DNA of 64,000 nt from an uncultured Gemmatimonadales bacterium. Lineage in GTDB: Bacteria; Gemmatimonadota; Gemmatimonadetes; Longimicrobiales; RSA9. Below the pieces are notes generated by a model, which was not told where the DNA came from, searched no databases, and saw only the letters and a program-made list of their open reading frames with translations. The position numbers were made by a program, and so were the translations under genes. Position 1 is the stretch's first letter; each line of letters opens with the position of its first letter. This document shows, piece after piece, positions 34,004 to 42,460 of this stretch. The stretch is taken from positions 629,689 through 693,688 of the forward strand of contig CAWCUU010000001.1 of NCBI GenBank assembly GCA_963798855.1. Direction: 5' to 3'.

Positions 34004-34218
34004 ATTCTTGACGAACTCCCGGCTTCGCGCCCTCTCCTCCGACGCCAGCGACCCGTGAGCCACCCCGATCCAATGCGGCGACGAGCTACGCCGGGAGGTG
34101 GGAAGTGGACGTGCCGACGGCCGGCACTCCGAGTGGTTCTGGCGTCGCGAGTTCCCGGTCGCGTACCATTGGCTCTTCGCCGTTCGCCGAGCCCCACCCG
34201 ACACATCCAGGAGATCCG

Positions 34219-36285
34219 ATGATGCAGACGCATGCAGGGCCTCGTGGCCTGCGCCGTCCGCTGTGGCTCGCTTCCGCCGGCGCGATCCTGATCGCCGTGC
34301 CCGTCTGTGGTCAGCAGTCGGTCCGCGTCGCGTCGCCGGACGGCCGCAACGTGGTCACGGTGGAGACGCACGACGGCGGACTCTACTACAGCCTAGAGCG
34401 GAACGGCCGGAAGATCCTCCTCCCGTCGCGCCTGGGCTTGTCATTCCGGAACGCCCGGCCGCTGAGCGACTCGCTGCGCATCACGGGAACGTCTCGAGAC
34501 AGCGCCGACCAGACCTGGACGCAGCCGTGGGGCGAGGTCGCGCGGGTGCGGGACCATCACAACGAGCTGCGGGTCTCCGTCTCCGAGGCGGCTTCGCCGG
34601 GCCGGCGCTTCGACGTCGTCTTCCGCGCGTTCGACGACGGCATCGGTTTCCGCTACGAGTTGCCCGAGCAGTCGGGTCTCGGGTCGTTCGAGATCATGGA
34701 CGAGCTGACCGAGTTCGCGATGGCGAGCGACGGGCACGCGTGGTGGATCCCCTCCGACCGACCCCGCCTGGACCGCTCGGAGATGCTCTTCTCCGAGTCA
34801 CCCATCAGCGTGCTCGACAGCGTGCAGACGCCGCTGACGATGGAGACCTGGACGGGCACCTACGTCGTGATCCACGAGGCGGACCTCGAGGACTACGCGC
34901 GCATGTTCCTGGCGACCGAGCACGGCATGGAGAGCCGCACCCTGCACGCGGCACTCGCGCCCATGGCGGACGGCGTGAAGGTGCGCGGGACGACGCCGTT
35001 CGTGACGCCGTGGCGCACGATTCAGCTCGCGGACCGTGCGGGTGACCTCGTGCCGTCCGTGCTCGGCCTCAACCTGAACCCGCCGAGCCGGATCGAGGAC
35101 ACGAGCTGGATCGAGCCGATGAAGTACGTCGGCATCTGGTGGGGCATGCACATCGGGCGGATGACGTGGGAATCCGGGCCGAAGCACGGCGCCACGACCG
35201 CGAACGCGAAGCGCTACATCGACTTCGCCGCGAAGAACGGACTGGGCGGCCTGCTCGTCGAAGGCTGGAACATCGGCTGGGACGGCGACTGGATCCAGAA
35301 CGGCGGACAGTTCTCCTTCACGAAGCCGTACCCCGACTACGATCTGCCGGCGGTCGCCGCGTACGCCAATAGCCGCGGCGTCTCGCTCATCGCGCACAAC
35401 GAGACATCCGGCGGCATCCGCAACTACGAGCAGCAGCTCGACAGCGCCTTCGCGCTCTACGAGTCGCTCGGCATCCACGCCGTGAAGTCCGGCTACGTCG
35501 CCGATACCTTCGAGGGCAACTCGCACTACTCGCAGTTCGCGGTGCGGCACTACCGCAAGGTGATCGAGGCGGCTGCGCGCCACCACATCATGCTCGACGT
35601 GCACGAGCCGATGCACGACACCGGCGAACGACGCACGTGGCCCAACATGATGACCCGCGAGGGCGCGCGCGGTCAGGAGTACAACGCCTGGGGCGGCGAG
35701 GGCGGCAACCCGCCCGAGCACGAGACGATGCTCTTCTTCACCCGGCTGCTCGACGGGCCGATGGATTTCACCCCAGGCATCTTCGACATCCTGATCCAGT
35801 CGGCGAACGGCCAGCCGCGCCCACCCGAGGAGCCGCGCGTCCGCACGACGCTGGCGAAGCAGCTCGCGCTCTACGTCGTGCTCTACTCACCGCTGCAGAT
35901 GGCGCCGGACCTCCCCGAGAACTACGAGGGACAGCCCGCCTTCCAGTTCATCCGCGATGTGCCGGTGAGCTGGGACACGACGCGGGTGATCGACGGCGCG
36001 ATCGGCGACTTCGTGGTCGTCGCCCGGCGACAGCGTGACGGTCAGGACTGGTACATCGGGGCGATCACCGATGAGGAGGCGCGCACCTTCGAGGTCCCGC
36101 TGGACTTCCTGACGCCCGGCAGGCGATATGTAGCAGAGATCTACGCCGACGGTCCCGGCGCCGACTGGCGCGACAACCCGCTGCCCATCCGCATCTCGAA
36201 GATGAACGTGGACTCCGGCATGCGGCTCACGGTGAAGCTCGCGCCCGGGGGCGGGCAGGCGATCCGCTTCAGGCCGGCGTCCTAG
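34219..36285 (+). CDS. Glycoside hydrolase family 97 (SusB-like alpha-glucosidase)
   Basis: Start at the ATG at 34219, preceded by CAGGAGA. Signal peptide. VASPDGRNVVTVETHDGGLYYSLERNGRKILLPSRLGL, then the catalytic region (LLVEGWNIGWDG, LIAHNETSG, VKSGYV, MLDVHEP, MTREGARGQEYNAW), characteristic of GH97. Confidence 0.88.
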   Translation: MMQTHAGPRGLRRPLWLASAGAILIAVPVCGQQSVRVASPDGRNVVTVETHDGGLYYSLERNGRKILLPSRLGLSFRNARPLSDSLRITGTSRDSADQTWTQPWGEVARVRDHHNELRVSVSEAASPGRRFDVVFRAFDDGIGFRYELPEQSGLGSFEIMDELTEFAMASDGHAWWIPSDRPRLDRSEMLFSESPISVLDSVQTPLTMETWTGTYVVIHEADLEDYARMFLATEHGMESRTLHAALAPMADGVKVRGTTPFVTPWRTIQLADRAGDLVPSVLGLNLNPPSRIEDTSWIEPMKYVGIWWGMHIGRMTWESGPKHGATTANAKRYIDFAAKNGLGGLLVEGWNIGWDGDWIQNGGQFSFTKPYPDYDLPAVAAYANSRGVSLIAHNETSGGIRNYEQQLDSAFALYESLGIHAVKSGYVADTFEGNSHYSQFAVRHYRKVIEAAARHHIMLDVHEPMHDTGERRTWPNMMTREGARGQEYNAWGGEGGNPPEHETMLFFTRLLDGPMDFTPGIFDILIQSANGQPRPPEEPRVRTTLAKQLALYVVLYSPLQMAPDLPENYEGQPAFQFIRDVPVSWDTTRVIDGAIGDFVVVARRQRDGQDWYIGAITDEEARTFEVPLDFLTPGRRYVAEIYADGPGADWRDNPLPIRISKMNVDSGMRLTVKLAPGGGQAIRFRPAS

Positions 36286-36562
36286 GAGTCGATCGGGTCC
36301 GCCCTGCCCCCGGCAGCGGCCGCCGGGGCGACGGCCCTCCTCGGCTGTCCGACATCGTCTCGTCTTCGACGGCGTTCGAGGGTTCGTCCCGCGCCGCCTT
36401 CTCGGCCGCCTCAATGTGCGCGCAGCTCGCTGCCCGGCAGAGCGCGCAGTGCCATCGGCCATCGCGGCCCCTGCGGAGCACCGACACGTCCCACGTGTCG
36501 CTGGCAGTGGCCCAGACCACGCAATCAGCGCGGTGCCCGAAGCGCACGTTGTAGCTCGTCAT
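36269..36562 (-). CDS. Hypothetical small protein with a SWIM-like zinc-finger pattern (weak call)
   Basis: MTSYNVRFGHRADCVVWATASDTWDV...WHCALCRAASCAHIEAA (CxxC...CxH). The C-terminal half is low complexity and overlaps the GH97 3' end on the opposite strand. Confidence 0.3.
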   Translation of the reverse strand: MTSYNVRFGHRADCVVWATASDTWDVSVLRRGRDGRWHCALCRAASCAHIEAAEKAARDEPSNAVEDETMSDSRGGPSPRRPLPGAGRTRSTPRTPA

Positions 36563-36802
36563 CGGCAGCTTCTCGCTCGAGGGACTGGGGCGGACGCCGC
36601 GCGTTCGATTCGGGCGGACTCCGGGTGACGTCGGGACATCGCCGGGGCGCGGCGATGGCGTATCCGGAACAATGGCATCGGGTCGGCCGTGCGGGCTATG
36701 CCCCACCCCCCGCATGCGCGCGCTGCTACATCTCTGTTACCGCACGATGACACGAGCCGGGACCGGATCGACGGCGCCGCGCTCGGCATCATGCCATGCT
36801 CA

Positions 36803-37663
36803 TCACGACCTTACCGCTTCGGACCGCGCGAGCGGGCGCGGGTGCTCGGCGCGAGCGCCGGACTCCTCGCGCGCGATCAGCGGCCTCAGAGCGGCCGCGA
36901 TCACGAGCACGGCGCCGAACGCGCACACCAGCAACGGCCCGGTCGTCAGGTCCCATACGAAGGACACGATCAATCCGCCCGCGATCGCGATCGCGCCGCT
37001 CAGCCACGCGACCAGCAGCGCCGGCGCGAACTGCCTCACGTACAGGAACGCGATCACGGCGGGGATCACGAGCGTGCTGAAGATCATGAGCACCCCGGCC
37101 AGCGTGACGGAGAACGTGACGGCGACGCCGAACGTGAGATAGAAGATGAAGTCCCAGAGCCGTACGTTGCGGACCTGCTCGGGGTGGAAGGTGGTCGCCA
37201 GGAGGGGTCGTCGGAACACGTAGTGGAAGATCGCGACGAGCGCGTAGATCCCGGCCAGCTCGAGCACCGTGGGCCACGTCGCCCAGATGAGCGAGCCGGT
37301 GAGGGTCTCCTTGATGTGCTCGGCGCCTTCGGCGGTGAAGCTCGCGAGCAGGATCACGGCCGCGGAGGCGACGACATAGGAGATGCCGATGATCGCTTCC
37401 TGCGGCACGCGCGAGTTCTCCATGCGCGTGTAGCTGAACAGCATCGCGCCGAAGAGCGTGAAGCCGAAGGAGAACAGGTACGCCAGCGGCGTTCCCGGCT
37501 CGGCGCCGAACAGCAGCGCGAGCGTGCTGCCGACGGCCGCGATCTGCGCGAACGCCAGGTCCACGAAGATCACGCCGCGGCGAATGACGTGCAGCCCGAA
37601 ATACGCGTTGATCAGCAGGATGATCAGCGCCGCGGCGAACGGGACGAGGAAGAGATCGAGCAT
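36803..37663 (-). CDS. Metal ABC transporter permease (ABC-3 / ZnuB-TroC family)
   Basis: Start at the ATG at 37663 (MLDLFLVPFAAALIILLINAYFGLHVIRRGVIFVDLAFAQIAAVG...). About eight TM helices. 14 nt downstream of the binding-protein gene. Confidence 0.85.
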   Translation of the reverse strand: MLDLFLVPFAAALIILLINAYFGLHVIRRGVIFVDLAFAQIAAVGSTLALLFGAEPGTPLAYLFSFGFTLFGAMLFSYTRMENSRVPQEAIIGISYVVASAAVILLASFTAEGAEHIKETLTGSLIWATWPTVLELAGIYALVAIFHYVFRRPLLATTFHPEQVRNVRLWDFIFYLTFGVAVTFSVTLAGVLMIFSTLVIPAVIAFLYVRQFAPALLVAWLSGAIAIAGGLIVSFVWDLTTGPLLVCAFGAVLVIAAALRPLIAREESGARAEHPRPLARSEAVRS

Positions 37664-37676
37664 CGACGGCTCCGTT

Positions 37677-38789
37677 TCAGCTCTTGAGGGACTGGAACGC
37701 CTTCGCGACGCCATTCACCCACCGGTCGACCATGTCGAAGTACGACGTCTCTCCCGGCTGGTCGCCCGGCTCCATCGGCATCATCACGTACGTCCCGCCC
37801 GCGCGGTTCGCGACCGTCGCCACCTTCTGCTCGCCGAAATACGTGGCCGCGATCATGACCCGGATGTCCTGCTTCTTCATCAGCTGGATCAGCGACGCGA
37901 CGTGACCGGGGGTGGGCGGGATACCCGGCTTCGCCTCCACGTAGTCCACGCACTTCACCGCGAAGCGGTCCTCGAAGTACGCCCAGTTCTTGTGGTAGCA
38001 GATGAGATCCTGACCGCGGAACGCCTGCGCCTTGCCCAGCCAGCCGCCGAGGAAGGAGATCAGCGGCTTGCCCTGATACGGCGTCTTCTCGAGGAAGGTG
38101 TAGAAGTTGCCGGAGCGCGCCAGCTTCTCCAGCGTCGGCCCGCCCAGCATCGAGACGAGCTTGTCGCCGAAGAGTCGGCTGTAGACCCGGCTCGTGAAGT
38201 CCGCCAGTCCCTTGTCCCATGCGGCCGACCGCTCGGGCGCCACTTTCTTCAGCCCGCTGGTGATGTTGCGCGCGACCTGCAGCGCGTTCAGCGGGTCGGT
38301 GTAGACGTGCGGGTTGCCGTAGATGTGGATGTCACCGGCCGCCCGGTCCGCCGACGACGGCACGTCGAGCAGGTGGATGCCGGTGTACGCCGTCACGTAT
38401 CCCTTGCCGCCTTCCGCGACCGACGCGTTCCCCGCCTTGTCGAGCAGCGGCGGCGCCCACAGCTCCAGATCCAGTCCGGTCGTGACGAACATGTCGGCCT
38501 GCCGCAGCTTCGCCGCGAAGCTCGGCTTCGGTCGCACGAAGTGCGAGTCCTCGTGCGGATTCGCGATCGATGTGACGTCCACCTCCGAGCCGCCGATCTG
38601 ACGCGCGATGTCCGCATACACCGGCAGCGTCGCCACGACCTTGACCGGCGCCGCCGCCGCCCGAGCCGTCATTCCCGGATCTCCCGCCGGTGCCCGGCCC
38701 GACACGCTCCCCGGCCGCACTCCGAGCGCCGCCCCCGGAATCACCCCGCCCGCGACCAGCGCGAGCGCCATCGTATTGAAATACCTCAT
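37677..38789 (-). CDS. Metal (Zn/Mn/Fe-type) ABC transporter substrate-binding protein, ZnuA/TroA family
   Basis: Start at the ATG at 38789 (MRYFNTMALALVAGG...). VKVVATLPVYADIARQIGGSEVDVTSIANPHEDSHFVRPKPSFAAKLRQADMFVTTGLDLELW is a typical cluster-9 binding-protein pattern. Confidence 0.85.
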   Translation of the reverse strand: MRYFNTMALALVAGGVIPGAALGVRPGSVSGRAPAGDPGMTARAAAAPVKVVATLPVYADIARQIGGSEVDVTSIANPHEDSHFVRPKPSFAAKLRQADMFVTTGLDLELWAPPLLDKAGNASVAEGGKGYVTAYTGIHLLDVPSSADRAAGDIHIYGNPHVYTDPLNALQVARNITSGLKKVAPERSAAWDKGLADFTSRVYSRLFGDKLVSMLGGPTLEKLARSGNFYTFLEKTPYQGKPLISFLGGWLGKAQAFRGQDLICYHKNWAYFEDRFAVKCVDYVEAKPGIPPTPGHVASLIQLMKKQDIRVMIAATYFGEQKVATVANRAGGTYVMMPMEPGDQPGETSYFDMVDRWVNGVAKAFQSLKS

Positions 38790-38810
38790 CGTCCTGTCCC
38801 TTTCATAGAT

Positions 38811-38912
38811 CGCCCTTGCCCCCTGACCCCTTCCCCGCCCGCGACCCTCCCCTATGCCCCTCGTCCCTCCCCTATCCCCTCCTCGCCCTAGCCCTTGCCC
38901 TCGCCCTAGCCC
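38811..38912 (-). repeat. G-tract-rich block (sense strand of the flanking minus-strand genes), related to the GGGCGA repeats at 6975-7118
   Basis: Minus-strand reading: GGGCGAGGGCAAGGGCTAGGGCGAGGAGGGGATAGGGGAGGGACGAGGGGCATAGGGGAGGGTCGCGGGCGGGGAAGGGGTCAGGGGGCAAGGGCG. More than 12 runs of at least 3 G. Confidence 0.85.
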
Positions 38913-38935
38913 TGCGCGCCGCTCCGCGGCGCGCC

Positions 38936-40288
38936 TCAGTACGTCTCGTGCTTGTGCGGCCCCATTGCGAACGTCGTCTGGATGAGGAACTGCCGGAGCG
39001 TGTCCGTCGGACGCTGCAGGTAGTCGAACTCCGCCCGCAGCCGGACGAACTCGCTCTGCCACCACGTCAGCGTCGGCGCGACGAGCCACGAGTGGCGCGT
39101 CGCGTCGAGTGGATCCTCGGTGTACTGGTAGGTCGCGCCGGCGATCCATTGCTGGGCGAGTTTGTACTCGGCGATGCCGAACGCGCCCCACGCGTCATCG
39201 AGCGTGCCGGCCGCGCGGCTCGCGACGGCGCCGCCGCGCACCGAGAGCTCGCGGTAGAGTGCTCGCTCCGGCGGCCGCCAGTCGAAGGAGAAGTCCACGC
39301 CGTAGAGCCGGGCGCCGACGTCGGTGCCGAGCACTGGATCCCTGCGCGTGCCGCCGAGCGCCGAGGCGCCGAGCTCGAAGTAGGTGGAGGGCGACAGTGT
39401 CCAGAACCCGTTGATGTGGCCGAGCGCGCTGAGCTTGCGCGAGTCGCCGAACAGCGCGTCGTCGCTGCTGCGTGTCAGCTCGGTCCACACCTCGTAGGTG
39501 CCGGCCCCGTGCAGCGGTACCAGCCAGTGCACGGAGACCCCGGTCTGTGCCAGCCCTTCCTCGCCCAGGAACGCCGTGTAGGGGATCGGCAGCATCTGCG
39601 TCGGCAGCGCGTGCGCGTGCCAGCGGTTCAGCGTGCCGAAGCGCTGCCGGAACTTGCCGACCGTGACCCCGAACCCGCCGGGCAGGTTGACCCACTCGGC
39701 GTACCCCTCCTCGATCTCCGTTTCGCTTTCCGTGGAGGGTGTGGCGTCGTTCGGCGTGAATGGCAGCACCTCGGCGCCGGGAGAGTGGTGCGCGACGAAG
39801 ACCTTGGCGCGCGAATACGGGTCGAGGTTCGACTGCAGCGCGAGCTCGAACTCGCGCGGCACGAAGGAGTTCGTGCTAGGGCGGTCGGTGTCCACGACGG
39901 CGAACAGGTCGCCGGTCGCGCTGATTTCCGGGTTGAATTGCGACAGGTTGCGCTGTCGTCCGACGAACTCGACGTCCTTCGGCGCCGGCGCGGGCTCCTT
40001 CAGCTCGGCGGTGTCCGCGCCGACCGCCGCGGCGGCCGCAGCGCGCAGCGCCGCGAGCGCGTCCGCGCCGGTGTCCGCAGGTGGGCCCGGCGAGACGGCC
40101 GCGCCCTCCGTCTTCATTCGCGCCAGCTCGGCGCTCAGGCTGTCGACCCGCGCGCTGAGCGCGCGGATCTGCTGGATCAGCGAGTCCACCCGGGCCGGCT
40201 GCTGTGCCGAGCCGGTCGCTGGGACGGCGACCCGGATGGCCGCCGCCGTCGCGACGAGCAGATGCCGCCAATGCGTACGTTGATGCAC
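38936..40288 (-). CDS. Predicted outer-membrane porin-like beta-barrel with an N-terminal coiled coil, associated with the metal-uptake locus
   Basis: Signal peptide (AAAIRVAVPATGSAQQ). Heptad-like VDSLIQQIRALSARVDSLSAELARMK. Beta-strand-rich remainder. C-terminus ...TTFAMGPHKHETY (aromatic terminal residue, His-rich). Confidence 0.6.
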   Translation of the reverse strand: MHQRTHWRHLLVATAAAIRVAVPATGSAQQPARVDSLIQQIRALSARVDSLSAELARMKTEGAAVSPGPPADTGADALAALRAAAAAAVGADTAELKEPAPAPKDVEFVGRQRNLSQFNPEISATGDLFAVVDTDRPSTNSFVPREFELALQSNLDPYSRAKVFVAHHSPGAEVLPFTPNDATPSTESETEIEEGYAEWVNLPGGFGVTVGKFRQRFGTLNRWHAHALPTQMLPIPYTAFLGEEGLAQTGVSVHWLVPLHGAGTYEVWTELTRSSDDALFGDSRKLSALGHINGFWTLSPSTYFELGASALGGTRRDPVLGTDVGARLYGVDFSFDWRPPERALYRELSVRGGAVASRAAGTLDDAWGAFGIAEYKLAQQWIAGATYQYTEDPLDATRHSWLVAPTLTWWQSEFVRLRAEFDYLQRPTDTLRQFLIQTTFAMGPHKHETY

Positions 40289-40354
40289 CGGCTTCCTCCG
40301 TTGGCTGAACGTGGAATCCTCCCCCGGACGTGCGGGGGAACGAATCCGGATCCG

Positions 40355-40687
40355 TCAGGCCAGCGGTGGAGCTCGGGGACGGCAGGTAGTCGTGCGGGGT
40401 TGCGCACCGCCGGTCGTACGCCCACCGAGCGGCGGCGCCGCCATCGCGGTCGCCACCTCGCGGAGCGGCGGCGGCGCCTGGGGCAGGCCGGGGTTCGCGT
40501 GGAAGACGACGCACAGGTCGTGGTCGTGCGTCAACACCCCGCTCACCGGGGCGGACCCGTCGGTGAGCGCCGCGCGCGGGTTGAAGAGGCCGCGGTCGAG
40601 GATGGGGAACATCGCGCCCACGACGATCACGATCGCCAGGAGCGGCGGAGCCATTACCCTCTTCAAGAGCCGGGCCTTGTGGAGCAT
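40355..40687 (-). CDS. Hypothetical small membrane-anchored protein (weak call)
   Basis: MLHKARLLKRVMAPPLLAIVIVVGAMFPIL... has one TM helix. THDHDLCVVFH is a possible metal-ligand patch. Lies just upstream of the porin-like gene. The start is uncertain. Confidence 0.3.
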   Translation of the reverse strand: MLHKARLLKRVMAPPLLAIVIVVGAMFPILDRGLFNPRAALTDGSAPVSGVLTHDHDLCVVFHANPGLPQAPPPLREVATAMAAPPLGGRTTGGAQPRTTTCRPRAPPLA

Positions 40688-40884
40688 GAGCGCGACTATA
40701 GAGCGGTGGTCGGCGGGTGTCAAACCCGCCTGGCGCGGTGAAGCCTCGTCTACACGGACGCGCCGTGGCGGGTTCCTCGCCGGTTACATGCTCGCGGAGT
40801 CGATCCGTCTTGCGGCGGCTCTCGCCTGCGTCCATGCTGTCTCCTGCGACACCGCCGCCCGAGCCCGATCCATCCCGACCCTCA

Positions 40885-42354
40885 ATGGAGGAAGCCACGA
40901 AGACGACGTACGTCCGCCGCCTCTCGTTGTTCGACGGCGTAATGGTCGTCATCGGCGGGATCGTCGGCGCGGGGATCTTCCTGAACCCCGCCATCGTCGC
41001 GCAGCGCGCGGTGACGGCGTCGCTCACGCTGGCCGCGTGGGTCCTCGGCGGCGTGATCGCGGTCGCGGGCGCGCTCTGCTTCGCGGAGCTCGGCGCCCGC
41101 CGGCCCGAGGCCGGCGGCGGCTACATCTACCTGCGTGACACGATGGGGGGCCTGCCCGCCTTCCTGTACGGCTGGACGCAGCTGCTCGTCATCAACACCG
41201 GTGGCATCGCCGCGGTCGCGATCACCTTCGCCCGCTACGCGAGCGCGCTCGCCCACGCCCCCGTCGCCTGGGTCAAGCCGCTCGGCATCGGCGCGATCGT
41301 GCTGCTTTCCGCGGTGAACTACTTCGGCGTGCGACCCGGCGCGACCACGCAGAACATCGCGACGCTGCTCAAGCTCGTCGCTCTCGCTGCGCTGATCGGC
41401 GCCGCGCTGCTGCTCTCGCCCCACTCCGGGCCCACGGCGGTCGAAGCCTCTGTGGCAGGGACGCCCCCGCGCGGCGCGGGGGCGGTGGTCGGCGTCCTCG
41501 GCGCGTCGCTGATCCCCGTCCTCTTCTCCTACGGCGGATGGCAGCACGCGAACCACATCGGCGGCGAGATCCGCGATCCACTGCGCAACCTCCCGCGCGC
41601 GATCATCATCGGCGTGATCGTGGTCGTCGCGGTCTACGTCCTCGCGAACGTCGCCTACCTGCGCGTGCTCGGCCCGACGGGCCTCGCCGCCAGCCTCGCG
41701 CCCGCCGACGACACAATGCGCGACGTGCTCGGTCCGGCCGGCGCCACGTTCATCACCGCCGGCATCGTGATCTCGACGTTCGGGATCACGAACCTGTTCA
41801 TCATGGCCGCCCCGCGCGTCTACCAGGCGATGGCCGACGACGGCCTCTTCTTCCGCTCCGCCGCCCGACTCCACCCGCGCTGGCGAACGCCCGCCGGAGC
41901 GATCGCGTTCCAGGCCGCATGGGCCGTGCTGCTCGCGCTCTCCGGCACCTACGGCCAGCTCCTCGACTGGGTCGTATTCGGCGACTGGATCTTCTTCGGC
42001 CTCGTCGCCGCGACGCTGTTTCGCTACAGGCGCGCCGACGGCGCGGGCGCCGGCCTTCGCCGGGGCGCGGGGCGCGGCTTCGCCGGCGCCCCGGGCGCGG
42101 AGCTTCGCTTCGCGTCGGCTCCGGGCGCGCGTGCTGCGCACGCGGAGCGTCCTGCGGACGGGGGCGGCTTCCGACTGCCGGGCTATCCTTTCGTTCCGGT
42201 CTTCTTCGTGCTCACGGCGGTCTTCGTCGTGGGCAGCTCCGTCGCGTCGAATCCGCGTAACGCCGCGCTCGGAGCGTTGTTGATCGGCGCCGGCATCCCG
42301 GTCTTCCTGTACTGGCGCCGCGGGAGCCGCGGTGGCGGCGAGATTCCAGGCTGA
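40885..42354 (+). CDS. APC-superfamily amino-acid permease carrying an ~40-aa low-complexity insertion
   Basis: Start at the ATG at 40885 (MEEATKTTYVRRLSLFDGVMVVIGGIVGAGIF...). AELGARRPEAGGGYIYL and 12 TM helices. The usual ...RYRR-(short)-FR.PGYP segment is interrupted by ADGAGAGLRRGAGRGFAGAPGAELRFASAPGARAAHAERPADG. Confidence 0.88.
   Translation: MEEATKTTYVRRLSLFDGVMVVIGGIVGAGIFLNPAIVAQRAVTASLTLAAWVLGGVIAVAGALCFAELGARRPEAGGGYIYLRDTMGGLPAFLYGWTQLLVINTGGIAAVAITFARYASALAHAPVAWVKPLGIGAIVLLSAVNYFGVRPGATTQNIATLLKLVALAALIGAALLLSPHSGPTAVEASVAGTPPRGAGAVVGVLGASLIPVLFSYGGWQHANHIGGEIRDPLRNLPRAIIIGVIVVVAVYVLANVAYLRVLGPTGLAASLAPADDTMRDVLGPAGATFITAGIVISTFGITNLFIMAAPRVYQAMADDGLFFRSAARLHPRWRTPAGAIAFQAAWAVLLALSGTYGQLLDWVVFGDWIFFGLVAATLFRYRRADGAGAGLRRGAGRGFAGAPGAELRFASAPGARAAHAERPADGGGFRLPGYPFVPVFFVLTAVFVVGSSVASNPRNAALGALLIGAGIPVFLYWRRGSRGGGEIPG
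42036..42165 (+). repeat. GC mini-hairpin repeat block (reverse orientation of the 7160/15130 family) located inside the APC permease CDS
   Basis: CCGGC-CTTC-GCCGG, GCGCGGCTTCGCCGGCGC, GCGGAGCTTCGCTTCGC, GCGCGTGC-TGC-GCACGCG read directly. The CTTC loops are the reverse complement of the GAAG loops in the intergenic arrays. Confidence 0.65.
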
Positions 42355-42460
42355 TCTTCCGGCCGCATGGCGGGTCGCGGCGCGAGAATGCGCTTGGCGG
42401 GTGAAGACACGGGCGGACCCTTGGGTCCGCTACGGCCGCTCCCGCTCAACGGAGGTCTCG

